Under the pieces are notes generated by a model, which was not told the DNA's origin, did not search any database, and saw nothing but the letters and a program-made list of their open reading frames with translations. The position numbers and the translations under genes were made by a program. Of a stretch of DNA of 53,733 nt, positions 39,973 to 47,726 are shown piece by piece. Source of the stretch: a virus (taxonomy: Duplodnaviria; Caudoviricetes); IMG/VR virus record IMGVR_UViG_3300025600_000023, positions 1 to 53,733 of that record; one strand, 5' to 3'. How positions within the stretch are numbered: the first letter of the stretch is position 1; each line of letters opens with the position of its first letter.

Positions 39973-40836
39973 CTAAACCGGAACGTGAAGAACTTCCTGT
40001 GCGGGCGCCGGATGTTCGGTATTACTTAATGTGGCTTTTCGTGCCAGCGCATACTTTGCATCCTTGTAAATGTAGTCATGAACGTCCTTTGCTCTGGAAC
40101 TGTAAACGAGGCGAAAAACGTTTCCGTGATTGGAAAAGGCGCCCTTGCAGCCAAGTGCGTAATCCATGTGCAACATCACTCCGTAGAGTAGGTCCATTGC
40201 GCCAACCAACGACAGACGCAGGTACTTACTTCGGTGTTTCGAACTCGGGATAGTGTTTTTTACTGACCCGTCGCCATCCCACAGGCCCCGAATAAAGTGC
40301 CGGTGCATGCCTTCCTTTAGGGTCGGGTACGTAAGAATGTGAGACTTATTCTCAACGCATCCATGATGCCGCAATCCGGTCACGAGTGACTTACTGCTGG
40401 CGACAAACTCATACCCCTGTCGGTGCGCGTCGCTATACACCTTCTTGGCAACTATTGGGTTAGTGGCGGAAAGAATGCTCTTGACCATTTCGACGATCTC
40501 ACGGTCAGTCGATCCGATACCCATTACATACTTACCGCCCTGCGCCGTCGTCACCCATCCGTCTGAATACATCAGCCCGAGCAAGTATGCTTTTTCCTCA
40601 GTGTCAATCTCGCCGTCGAACAGATGCTCATTTAGCGAGTGCTTTCTGGCATTTGCCAGCCCGGTCATCCCTTCGCTCTGCGTTCTGGTTTCAACTCCCA
40701 GTTGTCTGAGTATTTTCAGCACAGAAACATGGCTCTTGTACCCAAATTTTGCAGCAACTACAGAGAGGCTGTAGCCGGCCAAATACATACTGGCGATAGC
40801 GCCCTTTGTTTCGTCGGAAGGCTTAGCGTGTCCCAT
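39973..40836 (-). CDS. Free-standing double-motif LAGLIDADG homing endonuclease with N-terminal HTH
   Basis: YLLGLMYSDGW and FIRGLWDGDGS; lower GC than neighbours. Confidence 0.85.
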   Translation of the reverse strand: MGHAKPSDETKGAIASMYLAGYSLSVVAAKFGYKSHVSVLKILRQLGVETRTQSEGMTGLANARKHSLNEHLFDGEIDTEEKAYLLGLMYSDGWVTTAQGGKYVMGIGSTDREIVEMVKSILSATNPIVAKKVYSDAHRQGYEFVASSKSLVTGLRHHGCVENKSHILTYPTLKEGMHRHFIRGLWDGDGSVKNTIPSSKHRSKYLRLSLVGAMDLLYGVMLHMDYALGCKGAFSNHGNVFRLVYSSRAKDVHDYIYKDAKYALARKATLSNTEHPAPAQEVLHVPV

Positions 40837-40895
40837 AAGTACCTCGGTTTAGAAGGTGTCAATAGTAACAGCTAACATGCGCGATGTGAAGCACA

Positions 40896-41666
40896 TTAAC
40901 ACACTTGCCTTGCTTCATGTTCGGCAGGGAAATTACCATCAGCAATATGTCTCTCGGCAATGTCGGCGAACAGCACCGGCCAGCGCTTTGCAAATTCACG
41001 CAGCAGCGGGATCATGATTTGCCTGATCTGCGGGTGCGCCTCTCTGCTACAGCGAAGATTCAAAATATGTCTGAATTCCCGCACGTTGGCCGTCACCTGG
41101 ATCTCGGTCTTCAGCGAGTTCGGCAGCACCGAGCGGGCTTCTTGTGCGGAGCGCTTGAACTGCTGCGTCAAGGTGTTGTAGCCCCACTCCGTCCAGAGAC
41201 AGGTCAGAAACCACACATCGAAGGAATTCATCTGCACGCCCTCGCCGTCTTCGCCGCCCATCGCGAAGAGCTTCGGGCCACCGGAAACACTCATGAGCGC
41301 CGTCGGGATGATGACGTTTTGCGTCGGCTCGGCAGGGTCGAAGAAGAACGGATCAACCAAGCTGATCTCGTTGCCGTACTTGTCCTTGCTGTAGTTGCAG
41401 TATCGTGTTGACTCCTGCGAGAACGAGGCAACCCGATGCCGCACCAGCTCGTGCGTGACGCCACGATCGGTCAGAAACTTGACGGTGATGACGCCATGCT
41501 CCAGCACGCTCTCGTGCTTGAAGTTCTTGATCTTCTCGATGATCGCCACATCCGAGCCGGGACCGATCTTGTCTTCCGACTTGTAGCAGACCCTGGCGCC
41601 AAGCTCGATGTTGCGGAGCAGGTTGTTGTGGTCGATGATCTCGAAGGTTGGTTGGACGATTTTCAT
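40896..41666 (-). CDS. thyX: Flavin-dependent thymidylate synthase
   Basis: HESVLEH, THELVRHRVASFSQESTRY, ARSVLPN, AHPQIR. Confidence 0.95.
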   Translation of the reverse strand: MKIVQPTFEIIDHNNLLRNIELGARVCYKSEDKIGPGSDVAIIEKIKNFKHESVLEHGVITVKFLTDRGVTHELVRHRVASFSQESTRYCNYSKDKYGNEISLVDPFFFDPAEPTQNVIIPTALMSVSGGPKLFAMGGEDGEGVQMNSFDVWFLTCLWTEWGYNTLTQQFKRSAQEARSVLPNSLKTEIQVTANVREFRHILNLRCSREAHPQIRQIMIPLLREFAKRWPVLFADIAERHIADGNFPAEHEARQVC

Positions 41667-41690
41667 TGATGCTCCTTGTCGTGAAATGGA

Positions 41691-41888
41691 TTACTGCTTG
41701 TCCAGGGGATGAACCGGACTCGGCTTGTAGAAGCCCTCGCCCTTCAGGACAAAGCCGCCCTTGAACGAAACTTCCTTGCGTTCGGCGATTGCTCCGCACA
41801 GCGGACACTCGACATCGACCACTTCAGAGCGGACGATCTTTTCGAACTCGTTGCCGCAGTCGGCGCATTTATAATCGAAGATTGGCAT
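41691..41888 (-). CDS. FmdB-family zinc ribbon protein
   Basis: MPIFDYKCADCG...CPLCG...FVLKGEGFY. Confidence 0.85.
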   Translation of the reverse strand: MPIFDYKCADCGNEFEKIVRSEVVDVECPLCGAIAERKEVSFKGGFVLKGEGFYKPSPVHPLDKQ

Positions 41889-41909
41889 TGCTGTTCCCTC
41901 GTTAAGAAT

Positions 41910-42252
41910 TGGCGCCCACCTTCTGTTCTCAGGCACAGCCGAAGCTATGTGGTGGGCATCCCGGCTTGCCGGCTTTTAGGCGGCTTGCAGGTAAACGCTG
42001 TCGTTGGCGGTTACTGGTTTTGCGCTGATTAGGTCAGTCGCCTATCCGGTTGCCTTCTCCACTATCTCGCCCAATCGAAACCAATTCAGGCCCATAAGGG
42101 AGAAGACTGGCGAGCGTCGTTGCTTCACGCGAACACCGCCGCATACTTATCTGGTGGGTCTGGTAAGGACTCGGCCAGTCTTCTTTCTTGTGGACCTGGC
42201 GGGACTCGAACCCGCGTCTTGAACGTCTTCACTTCAAAGGAATTACAACCAT
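41910..42252 (-). ncRNA. ssrA: Circularly permuted two-piece tmRNA, tag (A)ANDSVYLQAA
   Basis: Acceptor piece first (T-arm GCGGGTTCGAGTCCCGC, 3' strand CAGGTCCA ending at 42191), hairpin intervening sequence, then coding piece GGGCCTGAATTGGTTTCGA from 42093; G3-U70 pair; tag ORF 42008-41976; outer ends approximate. Confidence 0.9.
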
Positions 42253-42371
42253 CATGGTCAGCTTCAACCATCCGAAAGGCACTGCGATACCCTTTGGATG
42301 GTTGGCGCGATGACGAGTCGCACCATCCCTCGGTCTTTCTCCGAGACCCAGCCTGGCTCTAGGGTACTGGT

Positions 42372-42488
42372 TTAGTAGCTGAACTTCTTCTTCCAGAGCT
42401 TGCGTGCCTTGTAGAGCAGCGTCAGTTCAAGACCCGCGCAGAGCAGCGTCCAGAAGAAGAACCAAAACGGGGTGAAGGTCAGCAGCAT
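42372..42488 (-). CDS. 38-aa membrane peptide
   Basis: MLLTFTPFWFFFWTLLCAGLELTLLYKARKLWKKKFSY. Confidence 0.5.
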   Translation of the reverse strand: MLLTFTPFWFFFWTLLCAGLELTLLYKARKLWKKKFSY

Positions 42489-42490
42489 GG

Positions 42491-42931
42491 CTACTTGAAC
42501 TTATCCAGGGCCGTGATGGCGGTGTTGCACTTGCCGTCTTCAGCCGCGTAGTCCTTGGTGGCGAAGGTCTTGTTCGGCATACATCCGAACGTTCCCTTGC
42601 CGCTGCCGTTGGTCTGACACTTCAGGGAGTCGATCTTGACGCCACGGTTGTCCATCAGATCGCCGGATGCCCAGCCGTCACCGAAGCGACAATCGGACTT
42701 CACCGAGCTGTCGGACTGCATGACGACGCGGGTGTCGGCGCCAGGATAGACTTCGGCGGCGTAGCGACGGGCGTTGAGGGTGGCGTTTTCACGGCTGATG
42801 GATTGGTTTTGATCGACGATGTTCATGTCGGCGGCAACCTTGGTCGGTGCGGAATTGCCACAGGCGGTGACGACGAGCGCAACCGAAATGATGGCGATCA
42901 ATGCGGCGAGGTCTTTCCAGTGCTTTTGCAT
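42491..42931 (-). CDS. Lipoprotein
   Basis: Signal peptide with lipobox VTAC; four more Cys. Confidence 0.75.
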   Translation of the reverse strand: MQKHWKDLAALIAIISVALVVTACGNSAPTKVAADMNIVDQNQSISRENATLNARRYAAEVYPGADTRVVMQSDSSVKSDCRFGDGWASGDLMDNRGVKIDSLKCQTNGSGKGTFGCMPNKTFATKDYAAEDGKCNTAITALDKFK

Positions 42932-42964
42932 GTGCTTCTCCTTGAGGTGGTGTGACGATGCCGA

Positions 42965-43387
42965 TTAGCGGCGGAAACTACGGGAACTGGTGGCAGGCGG
43001 GCGGTAGGCGTAGCTCTGCACGCGCTTGGGTGCGGCAATCTGTGTCGGCGCAGCCTGCACGTAGGTCTTGTTGATGACGGTCTTATTGACGACCGTGGTG
43101 GCGCCGGCACTTGGCGCAGAACCGCCAACGCCACGCGAACCACTGGAGCCGATCATGTGACCGATGACACCGCCGAGCAGCATGTCCTGCATGGCATTGT
43201 TCTGCTGCGGCGCAGCTTGAACAATCACCGGGGCCGGCGCGGTCTGGACAACCTGCGGCGGCTGCTGTTGGGCGTATTGCTGAGGCTGCGGCGCGTATTG
43301 CTGCGCCTGAGCAGCCTGCTGTTGGTCACTATGGCCACACGCAGTCAAAAGACCGGCGACCATCAATGCGACTGCGAGTTTTTTCAT
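42965..43387 (-). CDS. Gln/Pro/Gly-rich lipoprotein
   Basis: MKKLAVALMVAGLLTAC lipobox; low-complexity body. Confidence 0.75.
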   Translation of the reverse strand: MKKLAVALMVAGLLTACGHSDQQQAAQAQQYAPQPQQYAQQQPPQVVQTAPAPVIVQAAPQQNNAMQDMLLGGVIGHMIGSSGSRGVGGSAPSAGATTVVNKTVINKTYVQAAPTQIAAPKRVQSYAYRPPATSSRSFRR

Positions 43388-43519
43388 CGTGAATCTCCTG
43401 TTATCGGTCAATGAAACCGGGTAAAAGGCGAGGGAAACGTTATTGCTTCCCTCGCTTACTTCTAAATTTTGCTGCGTTACTTCAGAGACTTCATTATAGC
43501 TCAGTTGTGAGTGACTTTA

Positions 43520-45952
43520 TCAGGCAAACTTTTCTTTCCGAAAGTCGATTGGACAGGCGCCATTTGCGCACTCGACGTGTTCCATTCCGATGTCTTCGAC
43601 CGAGTTATCCTGAATGGCGTCGGCAATCATCTGGTATTCAGCCTTGGTCACTTGGGTTTCCGGCAAATATTCGTAAGCTGAGGTGTCGGAAGTAGGCATG
43701 ACCGAGCAGCAGCGAACCGTCGATTGGTTGTCCAAAAGCATCTTCTTGAACGCATCGAAGCTAACGACCTTTGGATCGAATTTAAGCGTGTAGGACACTT
43801 GGTTGCCGCGCTCTTCGCAGGGCGTCACGCCGTCAGCTTCAACGCCGGTGATCCAGTATTTCTCCAGCAAGCGCAGATATTCGAACTGCTCGTCGGGCGT
43901 CGCCTCGGGTGCCGTGACCAGCTCGTTGCCCATACCAAGCGAACAGATCACTGGCTGCGTCGGGAAGCCCACAATGGTCGTGCCGTTGTAAGTTGTCAGC
44001 TTACGCACCGGGTAGCCCTTGGCGCGATAGACCTCGACCAGCGGGTCGTCATTGCGGAACTGGACCCAGCGCAGAAACTCGCGCATCGACGGAAGGTGAG
44101 CGCCTTCAGTCAAGCCGAAGAGCTTCGCAATCGTGCCGTCCGGCTTCATCGTCCGCAGGGTGTGCGGATGTTCAAGCCCTACGATGTCGCTGAATTCGTC
44201 GGCAGCGGAGGTGACTGCGCGGGCGAACCGAGAAAGCATCAGCCACATGTCGAGCGACTTTTCCTCGCACACGATGTCCTTCCAGCCGTAGCCGAACCGC
44301 ACCCAGGCCCACTCGTGCAACGCGGTGATGCCGACGCCGATACGGTTGGTGCGCTTGACTTCCTTGGCGTAGAGACTGTCCATCATGTTCGTGCGAATCA
44401 AGGCGCGGGCGGCCACCCCGAAGGCATCTTCGGCGTCGTTGTCCCACGCTTTCATGTTTTCGGCGCTACGCAGAAAGCCTGTATGCGGCTTGTATCCGCC
44501 AGCATGAAATGGCACAACCGTGGCCAGCACGCAGTAGCCAGCCAGCGATGACAGCACGATCTCGCCACATGGATTGACGATGACCTTGTGCTTGGTCGCA
44601 CTCCAGGCGCCGGCAAGCTCCTTCGTCAGCTCCAGCGTTTCTTTATCCAGTTCGTAGCGACTTGACCCGATGAATGCGCCATCCTGCAGCTTGGAGAGGC
44701 CCGTCTCGTTCCACGTCAGCATATCGACGTTGATGAAGCCGGGTTCGCCGGTGCCGTCGTGGTAGGCGGCTTCGGTGATGGCTCTGAAGACTGCCTTGGC
44801 GTGCGCTGCGTCGTACTTCGTCATCCAGTCAGCGCCCTCGCCCACCTCCATCTTCACGTAGCGCCAGAACTCGGCATCGACCAGCACACTGTTGTTGGAC
44901 GACCACATGAAGCCACCGCGCTTGACCTGGATGAAGTCCAGCACGTTCTTGTCTTTCCAGAACTTCGCGGCCATACGAGCTGCACGACGGGCGCCACCTA
45001 CCAGCACGCACTCTGCCGCGTAGTGATCGGCGTACATGGTGCTGCGCCAGGGTTCCATGCCGGCATCACGCAGCTTGGCAATCTTGTTGATCGCTTCCAT
45101 CAGCGGGCCAGGGCCAGACGCGGGGCGGTTCTGCATGCCGCCAATCGGAGCGCCGCGCTCACGCACCTTGGAGAAGTCGAGGATCAGCACTTCACGGCGC
45201 TGTTCCAGAAAAGCCGCCAGCTCGATCTTCTCAAGCGCCTTGGCCCACCCTTCGCGGGAGTCCGGCACCTCAAATACCTTGATCGTGCGACCGGCGTACA
45301 GGTGTTTCGCGTTGCGAATATCCTGGGCGACGATTTCGCCGCTCTGCACATCCTTGTGATGCTGGTCGATGGTCGTAACCACAATCGGCATGTCGGCATA
45401 GTCGACAACCATCATTTCGTCGGAGTAGTCGCGACCGACGCCGGAGCCGTTCAACAGCAGGTAGAAGGTCAGGAAGTTCGCGGCAGCCGTGGAGCAGTTG
45501 GTAAAAACTTCCTGCGGGCGCGTCGGCTGTGTTTCGTCGCCGTGCTGCAAATGACGACCCGACATCAAGATGGATGCCTGGCGCAAGTGGTGATGCATCC
45601 TGTCGTACTCGCTCTTGGCTGACGGCGGGAAGAGCATGGTGTTGCCGAGGGCGACGCGGTGCGCCACATCTTCCCAAGTTTCGGCGACGATCTCGTCAGT
45701 GATATGGAGCTTGACGCGAACGATCAGCTCGTCGCCATGAAGGACTTCGTAATGCTCGGAGATGACGTTGTTGGACTTGCACCAGGCGGCCACCTCGGCA
45801 TCAAGGGCGGTGCCATCGACGCGGGGAAGCTCGATGGTTTCGTGGTAGAGCGGCACCGGCTGTTTGATCTTGCGAACGATCGTGCGCTCGGCCACCGCCT
45901 GTCCCATGCCTGGAAAGAAGGAATGGGCAGGCGTGAATGTTTTGTGAGTCAT
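43520..45952 (-). CDS. nrdJ: Class II (adenosylcobalamin-dependent) ribonucleotide reductase
   Basis: TNC, VPDSREGW, GGARRAAR, GEPGF, NPCGEI, RIGVG, C-terminal CANGACP; no beta subunit nearby. Confidence 0.9.
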   Translation of the reverse strand: MTHKTFTPAHSFFPGMGQAVAERTIVRKIKQPVPLYHETIELPRVDGTALDAEVAAWCKSNNVISEHYEVLHGDELIVRVKLHITDEIVAETWEDVAHRVALGNTMLFPPSAKSEYDRMHHHLRQASILMSGRHLQHGDETQPTRPQEVFTNCSTAAANFLTFYLLLNGSGVGRDYSDEMMVVDYADMPIVVTTIDQHHKDVQSGEIVAQDIRNAKHLYAGRTIKVFEVPDSREGWAKALEKIELAAFLEQRREVLILDFSKVRERGAPIGGMQNRPASGPGPLMEAINKIAKLRDAGMEPWRSTMYADHYAAECVLVGGARRAARMAAKFWKDKNVLDFIQVKRGGFMWSSNNSVLVDAEFWRYVKMEVGEGADWMTKYDAAHAKAVFRAITEAAYHDGTGEPGFINVDMLTWNETGLSKLQDGAFIGSSRYELDKETLELTKELAGAWSATKHKVIVNPCGEIVLSSLAGYCVLATVVPFHAGGYKPHTGFLRSAENMKAWDNDAEDAFGVAARALIRTNMMDSLYAKEVKRTNRIGVGITALHEWAWVRFGYGWKDIVCEEKSLDMWLMLSRFARAVTSAADEFSDIVGLEHPHTLRTMKPDGTIAKLFGLTEGAHLPSMREFLRWVQFRNDDPLVEVYRAKGYPVRKLTTYNGTTIVGFPTQPVICSLGMGNELVTAPEATPDEQFEYLRLLEKYWITGVEADGVTPCEERGNQVSYTLKFDPKVVSFDAFKKMLLDNQSTVRCCSVMPTSDTSAYEYLPETQVTKAEYQMIADAIQDNSVEDIGMEHVECANGACPIDFRKEKFA

Positions 45953-46021
45953 GTTTTCCTCGTGCGTTGTTTGAATGCGGCTGGTGATTCTACGTCAGTG
46001 GTGACTGATGCGTATAAGACG

Positions 46022-46303
46022 CTACCAATGATCTCCAAGGCTCACGGATGCATCTCTTGCGGTGCGGGGCGAATCGGAGAGCGGCATTATTTTCTTCGTC
46101 TCGTCTTCAGCGAAGTAGAGATTGATCAGATCGCCAGGATTAAAATGACGCGAGTCGGTCGCCGAATCAATCTCCAACGAAAACGTCACCACTGGACGCC
46201 CTACTACCACGCTAGACATGACACCATTGGATGAGCCGAAGGTTTTGGTTGGCGCTGGCGTGAGGCTCATACTGATTAGGCGGCCCTTGATATTCATCAC
46301 CAA
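46022..46303 (-). CDS. Hypothetical protein (ends GDHW)
   Basis: Coupled ORF. Confidence 0.45.
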   Translation of the reverse strand: MVMNIKGRLISMSLTPAPTKTFGSSNGVMSSVVVGRPVVTFSLEIDSATDSRHFNPGDLINLYFAEDETKKIMPLSDSPRTARDASVSLGDHW

Positions 46304-46677
46304 GCCTCCTCGGTTGTCTGCGGCACATCCCTACTGAGCTTCTTGGCAGCGGCTCGGTGTTCCCATTCGGGCGGCTCGAAATAACCTTCCGAGACCGGCA
46401 TATCGGAAATCAGATACTCGCCATCTGGACACTTAGCAAACCTGACGACCTCGCCATGCTCGGTGGAGGTGGTAACGACGGTGTTGCAGTAAGCCTGCAA
46501 AATCACACTGTCATTGAGAAGATGCTCGCACTTTTCAGTATGGATATTCGAGCAGCCGAGCTTGCCGCATTCCGAATCTCGCACAGTTTTGGCGAACCCC
46601 TTCTCCGCAAAGCCAGGCTCCTTAATCTTATTAAGTCGAGTCACCTCCACCTTCATGACGCCTTCACAGAGTCTCAT
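46297..46677 (-). CDS. Hypothetical protein (ends EEAW)
   Basis: Coupled ORF. Confidence 0.5.
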   Translation of the reverse strand: MRLCEGVMKVEVTRLNKIKEPGFAEKGFAKTVRDSECGKLGCSNIHTEKCEHLLNDSVILQAYCNTVVTTSTEHGEVVRFAKCPDGEYLISDMPVSEGYFEPPEWEHRAAAKKLSRDVPQTTEEAW

Positions 46678-46679
46678 GA

Positions 46680-47273
46680 TCAGGCCGCTTTCCGAAGGTG
46701 ACGCATCATGGCGAGGGTTTGCTTGAACTGCTCAGAGGCAAGGCCCGCCTTAATAGCGAAGATGGCGTCGGCGAGATGTTCGTTTTCATCCTTGACATCG
46801 CCCTTCTTGTAGGTTTTCCCGTTTTGCTTGTAAAGCAGCCACAAAGCTTCGGGGTGAGCCTTCATGGCAGCCTCGATCATTTCGTGCTTGGTGGCTGTCT
46901 TGATTCGGGTGCCGGCGAGCTTTACTTCAGTCGGCGTCACCTGAATCATCGGAATCGGACAGGCGGCCAGTACCCCAATGTTGATGCCATAACTCGCCAT
47001 TGCACGCGCAGACTGCGACCCGACCGGAACCTCGGCGAAGGCAAAGGACGCTCCATCGCACGCAGCAACAAAGCCGTCATGTAGTAGCGTGGCGCGGTTC
47101 AGGTCGTCAGAGTTCTTGCGAACCACCTTGGCGGTCTTGGCGTCGGTTGCTTCGGACTTCACCAGTTCCATACTGGTGACTTTGAAGGTCAGCGTGTCGA
47201 GATCCAGGTCGGCCTTGACGATGCCGAAGTTTCTAAGCGACGGATCACAACCAATAATTTTGATGGCGTTCAT
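46680..47273 (-). CDS. RuvC-like Holliday junction resolvase
   Basis: IIGCDPSLRNFG, FAE, TPTEVK, ATKHEM, EHLADA. Confidence 0.85.
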   Translation of the reverse strand: MNAIKIIGCDPSLRNFGIVKADLDLDTLTFKVTSMELVKSEATDAKTAKVVRKNSDDLNRATLLHDGFVAACDGASFAFAEVPVGSQSARAMASYGINIGVLAACPIPMIQVTPTEVKLAGTRIKTATKHEMIEAAMKAHPEALWLLYKQNGKTYKKGDVKDENEHLADAIFAIKAGLASEQFKQTLAMMRHLRKAA

Positions 47274-47716
47274 TATGCAAACTCCATCACGTAGAAGCTG
47301 CCGAAGTCCGCATAGACGCCCTCTTTTGCCGCAATATCAACGACACGCTTGGCGCTCGATTCTTCGTGACGGATTTCAACCAGATCATCCTGGAAGCGCT
47401 TCAGTGTCTTGTTGAATTCCGGCAGAATGAGCGGGATATTCCGCTCTTCAATCTCCATGAACTGATACGGCTCCGCAGCCATCGGGCGAAACACGAAAAC
47501 CATGCCCCTTTTGCCGGGGTAAGCAGACGACGCCTGAAACAATTCGCCGCCGATGTGTGGCTTCTTGGAGTATTTCTCGCCGGTTTTGACGGTCAGCGTA
47601 CAGGGCGCCGGCAAACTGACTCGCGGCGTTTCCTGATTGAAAAACTCCGTCATTTTCTCGGCGAGCATTCCCATCATTTCTTCCGCTTTACTGAAACTTC
47701 TGATCTCTGCTTTCAT
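47273..47716 (-). CDS. Hypothetical protein
   Basis: Coupled ORF. Confidence 0.6.
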   Translation of the reverse strand: MKAEIRSFSKAEEMMGMLAEKMTEFFNQETPRVSLPAPCTLTVKTGEKYSKKPHIGGELFQASSAYPGKRGMVFVFRPMAAEPYQFMEIEERNIPLILPEFNKTLKRFQDDLVEIRHEESSAKRVVDIAAKEGVYADFGSFYVMEFA

Positions 47717-47726
47717 GTTGTTCCTT

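Noticed and set aside
39973-40836. Intein or group I intron
   Set aside because: Has its own RBS, start and stop; no splicing motifs, and thyX is complete
42188-42225. tRNA gene suggested by the GGTTCGAGTCC T-arm
   Set aside because: No matching 5' acceptor strand, D arm or anticodon arm upstream; the partner strand lies downstream, as in a permuted tmRNA
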